A DNA stretch of 64,000 bases from the human T2T-CHM13v2.0 reference genome, Homo sapiens (GCF_009914755.1 NC_060936.1); one strand, 5' to 3'. Positions 41,925-58,732 are shown, counted from the first letter of the stretch. The notes: generated by a model not told the origin, from the letters alone. Translations and numbers: made by a program.

Positions 41925-42240
41925 CTCCCCGCCTCAGCTGTCCCCCACCCTCAGCCGTCCCCCGCCCCAGCCGTCCCCCGCCCTCAGCTGTCCCCCTCCT
42001 CAGCCGTCCCCCCACCCTCAGCCGTCCCCCACCTCAGCCGCCCCCCCGCCCTCAGCCGTCCCCCACCTCAGCCGTCCCCCTGCCCTCAGCCGTCCCCCTC
42101 CTCAGCCGTCCCCCCACCCTCAGCCGTCCCCCTCCTCAGCCGTCCCCCGTCCTCAGCCGTCCCCCACCTCAGCCGCCCCCCCGCCCTCAGCCGTCCCCCA
42201 CCTCAGCCGTCCCCCTCCTCAGCCGTCCCCCGCCCTCAGT
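41925..42240. repeat. C-rich minisatellite, 16-18-bp unit CCTCAGCCGTCCCCCNC, ~18 copies
   Basis: Directly visible tandem array. Confidence 0.97.
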
Positions 42241-42535
42241 CCTCGGCTCTTCACAGTGCAGAGCAGATGAGGCTTCTGCAGCTACGCAATCCCACCCTCA
42301 GGGCTGGCCTGGCACTCGGAGCTGACCTCTGCCCAGGTCTCTGTTCCTGGTGTTGGCAGAGGGCACCGGCGTCACCTTTTCCACCTGTGGAGAAAGAGGA
42401 ACCACATGGCAATATGGCAAACATAAGAGAAAGGACTTCAGGGCGGGGGTTGTTAAAAACATCATACCCTTCAATATATGTACCTACTATGTACTCATAA
42501 AAATCAAAACAATTTTTTTTTTAATTATGCCTTTT

Positions 42536-43162
<627 letters not shown>

Positions 43163-45041
43163 TCATTGAGATTGTTATTAATATCTTTGTGTTTGCTTTA
43201 GGGTTTACCAGTTGTGTGTGTGTCTAAACATGTATGTGTGTGTGTATTTTACTGTACCCAAATGTGCTTTCATTTAGTCCTTATTAACACACTCTAGAGG
43301 AGGAGGCGTCATTCTGATTTTACCCAGGGCACTGCTGTGGTAGGCAGCAGGTACGCCATGACACAGCAGTGGCTGTCTGATTCCGTAGCTGCCTGCTGTA
43401 CCACCGGTGAGGCCAGGCCATCAGCATGGAGGTGGGTTAGATGAGCCTTTGAACTTGGGAGAGAAGGAAGGAAGGAAGGTGTGTGACTACTCTGAGTCCC
43501 TGACCCGTTGTGCAGAGGCTGCTGCTGTCTGCGTGTCTCTTGTGTGCTGAGAGGATGCACTGTGACATTTTTCTGGGGGAGTCATAACCTTCTGGCCTGT
43601 ATTGCCCAAAGCCTGGGCTCCTTGGGGGTTTGGGTGGGGATAGGCACAAGGGTCCTGCCAGGGGCACAGCCAGGGCATCTGCCTTCCAGGGCAGGTTCCA
43701 GGTTCACAGAATGTTTGCTGCTCAGGCGCCTCCTGTGAAGACTGCAGCTACTGTTGGCAAATCTCGGCTTGCCACGTGGCCTTTCTGAGTGGGACTGGAG
43801 AAGGGGCAGGGCTGTGGCCTGTGGTCAGATCAAACCTCCACAGCCGCACTGTGATATGGACCAGAAATAGTGCCTTGCCCATCTCAAGCCATCTGAAAAA
43901 GAGAAACCCTATGCGGGCTGCCCAGAGATGGCTCCCGGCCTAGCACTTGGAAAACTGAGCTGCCCAAGACAGCTGTGCCACCAGGGAGGCTGGGTTTACA
44001 AGTGCTCTGGACTTATTGAATGAAGAATTGTTAATTGAGCCCCTACTATGTGCCAAGCCACCAAACGTCCTCCCTAGAGGAGCTGCAGTGTCAACAGGGA
44101 AAGGTGCTTGTGTGCAGACACTACTACATAAGAGCTCCCGTGAGACCGTCCCCGAGTGGAGGAGAGCAGAGGGGCCCTGAAGGAATCAGCAGCAGCCTGG
44201 GAGAGGCCAGGCCAGCTCAGAGGAGATGGTGTCGGGGGCAGCATCTTGAAGGATTAGGAGGTGGCTGAGTGGAGGGCCATCAAGAGTGAGGACCATGTCA
44301 GAGGCTCTGGGAGGCAGAATAGGCCCTGCCCTGCAGGCACTCAGGCCAGTGGGATGCTCGGGTACTTGGATTGTGAATGCCTCGTGGGGGCTGGTGGCAA
44401 AGCAGGCAGGCCACGACCAGGTCACAGGAGCCTGGTTTGCACTCTGTGGTCAACAGATTTCTTCTAATTTTTAGTTATGGAAAATTTGTAGGATATGCCA
44501 AAGTAGACGGAAGAATGTAGTGAACCCCACATGCTGCCACCGCACACACCAGTTGCTGTGTGACCCATGACTGCCCTTGGTCTGCCCCTCTCTGGAAACA
44601 AGAATGACTTTGAATCCAGGAAGGGAGGCTGGTCAAATGTGAATAACAATGAACAGCCCAAATGTAACCTTTGCTCCTCCTGGAGGGCACTCACTGCATG
44701 CCCAGTGTTCAGTTTGTTAGTCTGGTTCATGGAATCCTCCCAGCAGCCCTCTGCAGAGGTGTTTGGGTTAAAGTCCCTTCAACAGATATTGGTGGGTGGC
44801 TCCAAGGCTGCAAAACCCCCACGGCCAGTCCTGCCCTCCGCGCCCTGACAGTATCCCCACCATGCCCTGCCCTGTGTGGCTCTGAAGAAATCCCCCAGTG
44901 ACCTGAATTCCATGAAGCCGGGTGTATGGCTGGGGGTGGATCAGTCAAGAGTTTGGTCCTGGAATGATCGGGTGGCACTTTGTAATTTCACTTCAATTTC
45001 AGAGTAACCACTGAGTCTCCCCGCTTTGCCTTGCCTTTCAG

Positions 45042-45148
45042 TGGGAAGTTGGTGTCTCCAAAGTGGAAGAATTTCAAGGGCCTGAAGCTACAGTGGAGAG
45101 ACAAGATCCGGCTCAATAATGCCATCTGGCGGGCCTGGTACATGCAGT
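45042..45148 (+). CDS. MLXIP: MLXIP exon 2 (SGKLVSPKWKNFKGLKLQWRDKIRLNNAIWRAWYMQ; MCR III, 14-3-3-binding helix)
   Basis: ttgcctttcag| acceptor, |gtaagt donor, 107 nt. Confidence 0.97.
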
Positions 45149-45668
45149 GTAAGTGCCGCCCAGCCTGGGCGCCGGTGGTGGTCAGAACTTCACGGCCTGG
45201 AGGCCTGGGCACCCAGGGACCAGAGTCTGCTCCTGGGACCTGGTGTTTCTAACAGAAGTTCAGTCTGTGCAGACAGGAAACCCAAGCCATCAGGCCCAGC
45301 AGAGGGGTGGCATCTGAAGAGTCAGGGAGCAGGTCTAGGAAGACTCAGGCATGGGCCTTCTCTCTCCAGCCCGAGTGTCATGGATCCGGTAGCTTCTCCG
45401 GGAGATGAGTGTGCTAGGGCAGGCTTGTGTTGGGCTGGTCTTTCTCTGAGAAGCCACACTGCCTCTCTGACTGAGGCGTTCGTTATTGACAGATTCCTCT
45501 CCTTTCACCTGGACTCCTTTATTTCCCTGAAATCTCCTTTTCCTAGGGAAGGAGAAGGAAAGGGTACCTGGGAATGTGGTCTGCCCTAGGGGAGGGGTGC
45601 AGCAGACAGGCTGGGGCTCCCTCAGGGGTCTGGATCATGGTGCTGACTCTCACCCTCTCTCTGCTCAG

Positions 45669-45754
45669 ATCTGGAGAAGCGCAAGAATCCTGTGTGCCAC
45701 TTTGTGACACCCCTGGACGGCTCTGTGGACGTAGACGAGCACCGCCGGCCGGAG
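45669..45754 (+). CDS. MLXIP: MLXIP exon 3 (YLEKRKNPVCHFVTPLDGSVDVDEHRRPE)
   Basis: ctgctcag| acceptor, |gtactt donor, 86 nt, phase matches exon 2. Confidence 0.96.
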
Positions 45755-46922
45755 GTACTTGGCAGTGACCAAGGGTGGCTGAGAGTGGAAACATACCAGC
45801 ACCTCACCGGGAGTGGCTCACCGCGGGCTGGTCCTGTAGGAGAGGCTGCCGAGGGTAGTGCAGCGCCTGCCCTGCGCCATCCATGCCCTGGGGGCCAGGC
45901 CTGGGAGCTGGTGGCCTCTGGCAACCCCAGGCTGCAGAGCCTCCCCCTTCTCAGAGGGACTGGCCCAGGGACTGAGGGGGTTAATATCTTTCTGTTAATT
46001 TTTAAAGTGTGTGTCTATGTGTGATTATACATGCACAGGAAGTGTCTAGAGGAATATATAGAAGTGTCTTTATTAAGAGACTTCAGGAACCTCTGGGGAG
46101 TAGGATTAGGGCTGCCAGATGAGGGGGAGATGCTTTCTTCACTGCATACTCTTCTGTGTGGCTTTAATTTTGTCTAGGCATGTCTCACTGTTAACGATAA
46201 AGGGGGAATTTAGAAGGTAAGCTAATGAAAGACAGTTTTGAGACAGGTATAATCTGGTATTAGACAGTATCAAGGGATATCATTTTGTTGGGTATGGCAA
46301 TATTGTAATCAGTTCTTTTTAACAGAAAAGCATCTTTGCTGTCGAGGACACACACACAGTGTTTGTAGGTGAGGTGATTTGGGCCTTGAGATCAGAAAGT
46401 GAGGCAACCCCAGGCATTGGGGCTCCTTATCTCTGGAGCTCGAAGGCTGTCATGCAAGGCATCCACACTGGCATCACGCGAAGGTTGGATGAGAGGCCCC
46501 TGGAGGGCACATTCCACCTGAAACTTCCTGGAATTGGCTGTTCATTTTTGCCCTTTGAATGTGGCAGAGGCTGTGGGGAAGGGGCATTTATGGGGGGGCT
46601 TGGGAATTGCTGCAGCGTTCCCCTGCTTCTTCCTCTGTGGAGCATTCTGCTCTCACCCTGTCCTCCTGGACAGAGCCTCAGGACCGTGCCCCCAAGGCCT
46701 TTGGCTACCTTAGGTCTTGAAATGACAGCGCATTGTTAGCTAGAGGGTCTGCTATAGCATGGAAGAAGTGGGACGTACTTTCTGAGTGATGTGGTAGCCA
46801 CTGTGGGGTTTCCCGCTGGATTGCCTAAGGCCTGATTATAGTGCCGGATACTCAGTACACCAGTTGAGCTTTGCTAATCAAGCAGAGCCCCCTCTTCACT
46901 CTGCTCTCTGTCCCTGTCCTAG

Positions 46923-47012
46923 GCCATCACCACGGAAGGGAAGTACTGGAAGAGCCGCATCGAGATTGTGATCCGGGAGTATCACAAGTGGAGAACCTAC
47001 TTCAAGAAAAGG
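46923..47012 (+). CDS. MLXIP: MLXIP exon 4 (AITTEGKYWKSRIEIVIREYHKWRTYFKKR; MCR IV)
   Basis: ccctgtcctag| acceptor, |gtatct donor, 90 nt. Confidence 0.96.
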
Positions 47013-47373
47013 GTATCTGGCTGGAGTGTTCAGGCAGCCCGCCTAGGGAGGGAGTGGGCAGAGTCCCTGGTTCAGGGCCCTGGCCGAGGCGGTAGGCTCC
47101 ACAGCCGCCCCACCTGAACGTGGAGCGTCAAGCAGTAAATCTGGGGCCCAGCGTGCCAGACTAGCCTGGGCAATGGCCTGCCTCGGTCAGGTTGTCTTTG
47201 CTCTCAGTTTCCCCATCTGTGCACTGGGTGGAAGTCTCCTTTGTGCAGGCATCGGCCTGGGGATGGTGTGAGCAGGACCCCTACCTGCCTCCCTGAGAGT
47301 TCTGTATATTCTAGAGCCCTTGGGCCCTCCTAGGGCCATTGGTGACCGCCGTGTCCTGTCCCTTTGCCCACAG

Positions 47374-47415
47374 CTACAGCAGCACAAGGATGAGGACCTC
47401 TCCAGCCTGGTCCAG
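47374..47415 (+). CDS. MLXIP: MLXIP exon 5 (LQQHKDEDLSSLVQ)
   Basis: cctttgcccacag| acceptor, |gtgggt donor, 42 nt. Confidence 0.93.
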
Positions 47416-47726
47416 GTGGGTGAGCCTGGGAGCTCTGAGGACCCCCACTTTGACATGAGACAGCAGGGACTTCGGTGGCCCACCAGGGAGCCCTGCAAAA
47501 GGCGGCAGGCCATGGGCCCTCCCTGGAGTCTCAGGAATGGCTCAAGAAGCAGTCCAGCTCTCTCTCCTGGGTGGGCTGGAGGGAGCCGCTCTCCAAATGC
47601 CTCCACCCTGCTGCCTCACTTCCACTGAGCACCCCTTTGACGAATTTCCCCAGGTGACAGGCGTGGGAATTCTTCGTCCCACTGTTACTCTTTGATGCTT
47701 CCTCCCCTGTGTTGGTGTTGTGTTAG

Positions 47727-47898
47727 GACGATGACATGCTGTATTGGCACAAGCACGGGGATGGATGGAAGACCCCCGTCCCCATGGAGGAGGATCCCCT
47801 GCTGGACACAGACATGCTCATGTCGGAATTCAGCGACACCCTCTTCTCCACACTTTCTTCACACCAGCCGGTGGCCTGGCCCAATCCCCGGGAAATAG
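47727..47898 (+). CDS. MLXIP: MLXIP exon 6 (DDDMLYWHK...SDTLFSTLSSHQPVAWPNPREI)
   Basis: tgttag| acceptor, |gtaacc donor, 172 nt. Confidence 0.96.
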
Positions 47899-48629
47899 GT
47901 AACCCAAACCAGGGCCTTGGGCTTTGAACAGCCAGCCGCTTCCTTCTCTGCCAGGCCCCCTCTGGGCCAGGGTTCCTTCAGGGCCATCTCTGAGCTGCTG
48001 CACGTCACGGTTGGGGGCAGGCAGTAAGGAAGGGAAGGATGGCTGGCCTCATTTGACATCCAGGCCGCACGTACCGAGTGGGTGGGGTCTGCAGAGTGGG
48101 CCCACTGGGCAGCTGCCATTCCCGTAGTGCCATGGTGGGAGGACAGCAGCAGGGTCTAGTCTGAGTCATTGGCACATTTCAGATACCGTTCTCTTCACGG
48201 GGTACGTGTGCCGTGCCTAAGCCGAGGCGGCCGGGCCGTGACTCATGCTAAAGAAAATCAGAAGCACTCCCGGGTGTGACCGCTCACCTTGGTGGCATTC
48301 AGTCTTCCAGTTAACCTCTCAGGGAAGAGCCCAAAGATTGAAAATTAGAACAGTGTTCGGGGAGGTCTCTGTTCTCTCTTGAGCTCTTTACAGCTTCCTG
48401 GGGTGTCCATTCCCTGATACTCAATTTTACCTTCCTGGCAAAAACTTACTTTCCTGCCTTTTGAGGGTGCGGAATGGCCACAAACCCTGAGAAGGTAGAA
48501 ATCCCAGCCAGCTCCTTGGAAGACTCTGGGATGTGAGCAGGGCCAGGAAGTTCTGTTCCAGGCCTTTTTTACGTTCCTGCAACATTGTCTGAGAAGACAA
48601 AATGGTTCCTCTCTCTGTGATTCTTGCAG

Positions 48630-48719
48630 CACATCTGGGAAATGCAGACATGATCCAGCCGGGACTGATTCCTTTGCAGCCTAACCTGGACTTCATGGAC
48701 ACCTTTGAGCCTTTCCAGG
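48630..48719 (+). CDS. MLXIP: MLXIP exon 7 (AHLGNADMIQPGLIPLQPNLDFMDTFEPFQ; MCR V)
   Basis: ttcttgcag| acceptor, |gtgagg donor, 90 nt. Confidence 0.96.
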
Positions 48720-49226
48720 GTGAGGACCAGAGGCAGAGAGAGCACGGTTGCCTGCATCTCCCCCAGCCCAGCACAGAGCAGATCGCTGCCTTCCTTTAAG
48801 AGGCGAGACTTGGTAGAATGGGCAAGGGGGCGAGCAAAGAATTTTTTTTTAAACTGAACTGTTTTTTGTAGTAACTGCAAGGTCTGGGAAGTTTTTCTGG
48901 GACATTGTTCAGCAAGGAAATTGGCTCTGGATTTAGCCGTGACTGTAAGCAGTTCTCCCTCGAAGCAGCAGAGGGCACTGATGACACAGCCAGCTCCCTA
49001 CCAAGGCCCTGCAGTTAGATGGGTCCTTGAGCACCTGCCATTGTGACAGCAGCAGAAACGTCAGGCCTGGGAGTGTTTCAGAGCCCAGGATAGTTGCCAA
49101 CATGTGTGGTTCCAACCAGAGCCCCCTTTCTACAGAAAAAAAGGTGTCTCAGGGTAATACCCTCTGTCCATGGCATCCCCCTGGGCCATGTGGGGTTTAG
49201 GGTTTTAGTCCTTGATTTGTTTGAGT

Positions 49227-50003
<777 letters not shown>

Positions 50004-50074
50004 CCTGTTTGAGTCTTGATTCCAGCAAATGCTGGGCACACTGAGCTCAGAAGACCCCTGCTGTTGTTTTTCAG

Positions 50075-50166
50075 ACCTCTTCTCTTCTAGCCGCTCCATT
50101 TTTGGCTCCATGCTACCTGCATCTGCCTCAGCACCTGTACCAGATCCCAACAACCCACCTGCACAG
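50075..50166 (+). CDS. MLXIP: MLXIP exon 8 (DLFSSSRSIFGSMLPASASAPVPDPNNPPAQ)
   Basis: gtttttcag| acceptor, |gtagag donor, 92 nt. Confidence 0.95.
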
Positions 50167-51129
50167 GTAGAGGAAGCTGGGGGATGGGTGGGGGAAGGGG
50201 CTGGCAGGCACAGGGCTGCTCATCAAAGGTTTGCTGCCAGAGCAAGGCTAATGGCATAGCCACACAGTCACCAGCAAAGCGCCAAGCAGTGCTAGACCAG
50301 CACTAATGTGCAGAGGCACGATTCCATCCCTCTTTTACAGCATCCTTCAGCACCCATGGGGTGGGAGACTCTTGGTCCAGGTGTGCTTCTGCCTGAGTGC
50401 CAGGTAACCTATGTGCAGCTAGCTCTGCTCCGACTAATTAACACAGAATTAGCTAGACAGAGAAGAAAAACATGGATTACTAATAAAAATAACTTCTGTA
50501 TATTTCTTTCACGTTTTACTAAGCAATCCAAAAAGTTGCTTACAGGTGCTTGGGCTACAGAGCTGAGTGAGGTACCATTCTTTGTCCTTACGGAGCCCTC
50601 ATGCTTATGCCCATGACCAGTTAGACACTGGTAACCTGGCACCATCTTCAAACGGGCTCCGGGAAGAATTGCTACTGCAGAGACTGGGATCTGAACCATT
50701 GATTCCTCGTAGCTTTTCTTATTTAGGAAGAGGTGGCCTGATGACCAGTTGACACGTGAAATTGTCCTCGGGGATTCCCGAGCAGCTGCAATCCAGGCTG
50801 CCTCTGCTCAGTAATAGAAGATGGCAGAGACTTTGGGGAGACTCTGCTGGACTCCAGAAACAAGATATTCCCAGGCTGCTAGCCAGCTGTGTGAGGGCCG
50901 TTGCCTTATCTGAGCTCTGAGTTATTTAGTTTTTAATGGAAACAAGACCCCCGCAGACACGCAGGGAAACACAAATCCCTATCAGATCAGCAGCCATGGA
51001 CGTGGAGACGTGGCCTTTGTCCCTCTGTCCCAGCGCCCGGCCTGTGTAGTTGGACTTGGCAGTGTGCAGCGCTAGAAAGGAATTGTCTGACCCCAGCATT
51101 GCTTCCTGGCTCCTTTCTTCCTTTTTCAG

Positions 51130-51769
51130 GAGAGCATCCTGCCGACCACAGCCCTCCCCACTGTGAGCCTTCCTGACAGCCTCATCGCGCCCCCTACCGC
51201 CCCATCCCTGGCTCACATGGATGGGCAGGGCTGTGAACACACCTCCCGGACTGAGGACCCGTTTATCCAGCCCACGGACTTCGGTCCCTCAGAGCCGCCA
51301 CTGAGTGTCCCGCAGCCCTTCCTCCCTGTCTTCACCATGCCCCTGCTGTCTCCCAGCCCCGCCCCACCGCCCATCTCCCCCGTGTTACCATTAGTTCCTC
51401 CTCCTGCCACTGCCCTGAACCCCCCGGCTCCACCCACCTTCCATCAGCCACAGAAGTTTGCTGGAGTCAACAAAGCGCCGTCTGTCATCACCCACACGGC
51501 CTCTGCCACCCTCACCCACGATGCCCCCGCCACCACCTTTAGCCAGAGTCAGGGCCTTGTGATCACCACCCATCACCCTGCCCCGTCAGCGGCCCCTTGT
51601 GGGCTGGCACTGTCTCCTGTCACCCGGCCTCCCCAGCCACGGTTAACTTTTGTGCACCCCAAACCTGTATCCTTGACTGGGGGCAGGCCTAAGCAGCCCC
51701 ACAAAATAGTGCCTGCTCCCAAACCAGAGCCCGTGTCCTTGGTGTTGAAGAATGCCCGTATCGCCCCAG
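51130..51769 (+). CDS. MLXIP: MLXIP exon 9 (proline-rich region, ESILPTT...KNARIAP)
   Basis: ctttttcag| acceptor, |gtgagc donor, 640 nt; overlaps ORF 51163..51924. Confidence 0.96.
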
Positions 51770-51942
51770 GTGAGCCAGGCGGGGAGACTCAGTGCGGGGC
51801 TCCCCCCGACCCAGAGGGATGTTTTCCCATCCCAAAGGCTTTCAAACTTGTGACCACCACCACCACCCTGGTGTGCACGTGCATGCGCACACACATACAC
51901 TTAAATGAAACAAAAGTGTCATGAAATAATACATGGCCATGA

Positions 51943-52758
<816 letters not shown>

Positions 52759-53007
52759 TCTCTATCTTTTTTTAAAGTTAGTCACAACCTACAGTGTGAA
52801 AACATGGTCCTGGCCATCTCTTTCCTGGGTCTATAACATGTCTCCTTCAAGAAGTCACACAAATGGTTTTAGGTGCCTTGGTGGCTTTGTCTTCCTGTCC
52901 CCTGGGGTTGAGAACAAGCTGTCTCACTGGCAGAGAGGCAGCCTCTGCAGGGTGGGCCAGGCCCTGTGGCCCAGGGCTGCACCTGAACATCCTCCTTATC
53001 CTGGCAG

Positions 53008-53129
53008 CTGCCTTTTCAGGCCAACCACAAGCGGTGATCATGACGTCAGGGCCTCTGAAGAGAGAAGGGATGTTGGCCTCCACCGTGTCCCAGTCCAACG
53101 TGGTCATTGCGCCTGCTGCCATCGCCAGG
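53008..53129 (+). CDS. MLXIP: MLXIP exon 10 (AAFSGQPQAVIMTSG...APAAIAR)
   Basis: cctggcag| acceptor, |gtgagg donor, 122 nt. Confidence 0.93.
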
Positions 53130-53272
53130 GTGAGGAGGGCCCTAGGCAGACCTGCAGTGTCCTTCTCACCCCGGAGCACTCTGATCTTGGGCGGCCCTCA
53201 CCTGAGACGACTGGTGTGCCGCCCTGCTGTATATCAGCAGTCAGGGGTGACCTGTCTCCCATGTCACTGCAG

Positions 53273-53450
53273 GCTCCTGGGGTCCCGGAGTTCCACAGCA
53301 GCATCCTGGTGACAGATCTCGGCCATGGCACGAGCAGCCCGCCTGCCCCCGTCTCCCGGCTCTTCCCAAGCACAGCGCAAGACCCCCTGGGGAAGGGCGA
53401 GCAGGTCCCGCTGCATGGGGGCAGCCCCCAGGTCACTGTCACAGGGCCCA
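53273..53450 (+). CDS. MLXIP: MLXIP exon 11 (APGVPEFHSS...VTVTGP)
   Basis: cactgcag| acceptor, |gtgagt donor, 178 nt. Confidence 0.95.
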
Positions 53451-54050
53451 GTGAGTGTTCACTCGGCGGGATGGTTGGGGCATCGCAAGGGAAGTAACTG
53501 GGCCTGCCGTAGACCATGGGGGGTGCTTGCTGGGTCCCCAGGACGGAGCCTGGGCTTAGGACACACAGTGAGGTCTTGTAGGCCTGCTGATAACACAGTC
53601 TGGGAACACGCTCTGTGGGTGGCAGGATGAAATGTGGTGGCACTGGCAGGGCAAAAAGTAGTGAACATGTGGCAGTGTAGGTGACCCGTGTGCTCGGGGA
53701 GTCCCTGCTGACTGCCCACGAAGGCCTGGTACTGAGCTGCTGATCTCACCCAGAGAAGGGATTGAGGAGCCCTGGGCTTCCTGTCTCTGGGAGCATCAGC
53801 CTGGGGTTGCTGTGGCCACAGAAGCCGTCCAGCCTCATCTGGGCACCAACGTGGCCTTCCCCAGCAGGTCTCAGCACTACAGGTCTGTGGCCCATGTCCA
53901 CTCTTAGGCCATCCAGGGGCAAGATAGTCAGAGCAGGACTGATTTTGCCCAGGGACATCTGAGGAGCCAACAGGCCAGATCAGGGACAAATGGTGTGCCC
54001 GAGGCTGTGCTGCTGGTAGAGGGTGTGGGCAGATGGGGCCCCTTCCCTCA

Positions 54051-54925
<875 letters not shown>

Positions 54926-55248
54926 TTTTTAATTAAAAAATATAATAATAATAAAGAGCCCACCTGCGAAATATCTCGTAAAGCGACACCAGTGACTGGA
55001 ACACGTCACACAGGGTTGCTCCATCGTGTTCTGTGTGGATTAAGGGTGTTTTTGTTGTTGTTATTAATTTAAGATTTTCAGGGAGTGAATAAGAATAATC
55101 TAAGGAAGCATGTGTGTGCAGTTGAAAGAACCAAGTGCAATACGTGGCTAGCAGCGAGCACCTCATAACCCTGCAGAGACCCCAGGCTGCCTCCTGGTGG
55201 CGTTGAGGGGCCAGGCCTCCGCCCCTCAGAGGAGTCTGTTCTTACCAG

Positions 55249-55370
55249 GTCGGGACTGCCCAAACTCAGGGCAGGCCTCTCCGTGTGCATCGGAGCAGAG
55301 CCCCAGTCCTCAATCTCCCCAGAACAACTGCTCAGGGAAATCCGACCCCAAAAATGTGGCTGCACTAAAG
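55249..55370 (+). CDS. MLXIP: MLXIP exon 12 (SRDCPNSGQASP...KNVAALK)
   Basis: ttcttaccag| acceptor, |gtaccg donor, 122 nt. Confidence 0.95.
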
Positions 55371-55972
55371 GTACCGCATGTCTCCTCTTGGTTCCCTTGG
55401 GAGGAGGGGAGAGGAGTGCAGGACATCAAGGATCTGTGTCTGTCTGGAACGGAGACCTCAGACCCAGCCAGAGCTGCCCAGGCAGGGGTGGATCAGAAAT
55501 GGGCTTCTCCTTGCCCCATGCCACGAACCAGCCCTGTGGGGATGGTGGGCCCCCTGGAGGCTTTTGGGTGAGCCCCAAGCCTGGGAGCCAACGCTGAGTC
55601 CACGTAGTGTGCAGGTACTGCTCAGGCTGCCCGCATCAGTTGCAGGAGGGGTGTGGCCACCACCAGAGCTGTGCTGTGGGGAGGAGGCAGGGCTGGGTGG
55701 GGAAGGCGGAGCTTGCAGCACCTGGGATGCACCGGTTCAGCCCTGCCGTTCCCAGCCCCAGCTGTGCACCATTCTGCAGAGCGGGTTTTCTGTGGTTCCC
55801 AGTCTTGTCCCTCCGGCTCCTCATTGGAGCCTTCAGCTTCTCGTCGTGCCCTCCTCCCACGTAGCTCTCTAGCCCTGGCCCTTGGGCACCCAGGATCAGC
55901 GTAGGGGGTGAGGAAGGGTGGACAGTGTGCCTGCAATGTGCCTGTCTTAGTGACCAGCGGGTTCTCCAGCAG

Positions 55973-56074
55973 AACCGGCAGATGAAGCACATCTCAGCTG
56001 AGCAGAAAAGGCGCTTCAACATCAAGATGTGCTTCGACATGCTCAACAGCCTCATCTCCAACAATTCCAAGCTG
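55973..56074 (+). CDS. MLXIP: MLXIP exon 13 (bHLH basic region and helix 1: NRQMKHISAEQKRRFNIKMCFDMLNSLISNNSKL)
   Basis: ttctccagcag| acceptor, |gtgagt donor, 102 nt; H-x3-E-x3-R class B bHLH signature. Confidence 0.95.
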
Positions 56075-56202
56075 GTGAGTTGCCAAGAGCGTGGGCTGTG
56101 GCAGGGCAGGGGAGCTGGCAGGACGTGCTCCCTGCGTGGTCATTGCTGGTGGCAGGCCTGCTGGCTGTGGGTGCTGCCTCCAGCCACCTGCCCCTTCTGC
56201 AG

Positions 56203-56330
56203 ACCAGTCACGCCATCACACTGCAGAAGACCGTGGAGTACATCACCAAGCTGCAGCAGGAGAGAGGCCAGATGCAGGAGGAGGCCCGGCGGCTGCGGGA
56301 GGAGATCGAGGAGCTCAATGCCACCATCAT
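56203..56330 (+). CDS. MLXIP: MLXIP exon 14 (helix 2 and leucine zipper: TSHAITLQKTVEYITKLQQER...ELNATI)
   Basis: ccttctgcag| acceptor, |gtgagc donor, 128 nt. Confidence 0.96.
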
Positions 56331-56593
56331 GTGAGCTTCTGGGCCTTGGGGCTCCAACCAGGCACCCCATCCCGATGCAGGGCCTGCCTCAGAGGTGGTG
56401 GGACCCTGTGGCCTCATCACTGGTCAGTGCCTCTTTGCTGCAGTAGTTCTGCTCTTTGTCAACCTCCTTCCACAGACCTCTCTTCTCTGTGCCTGGCTGT
56501 GGCCCGGCACTGGGCCAGCCCTGCCATCTTTTGTCCCAGGGTCCTTATTGGCCACTGGCTGCTCCACAGCTCCCACGGCTCCTGTCATTTCAG

Positions 56594-56717
56594 CTCCTGC
56601 CAGCAGCTGCTCCCTGCCACGGGAGTCCCCGTTACCCGGCGCCAGTTTGATCACATGAAAGACATGTTTGACGAATACGTGAAAACCCGGACCTTGCAGA
56701 ATTGGAAGTTCTGGATT
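56594..56717 (+). CDS. MLXIP: MLXIP exon 15 (ISCQQLLPATGVP...TLQNWKFWI; start of DCD/WMC domain)
   Basis: catttcag| acceptor, |gtatcttt donor, 124 nt. Confidence 0.95.

Positions 56718-58732
<2,015 letters not shown>

Noticed and set aside
41838-42500. 220-aa Pro/Ser-rich ORF
   Set aside because: Translation of the minisatellite, with no ATG start or splice support
47013-47373. Intron 4 donor GTATCTGG as a second U12 intron
   Set aside because: The match stops after GTATCT, there is no CCTTAAC-like branch site, and the acceptor has a normal pyrimidine tract
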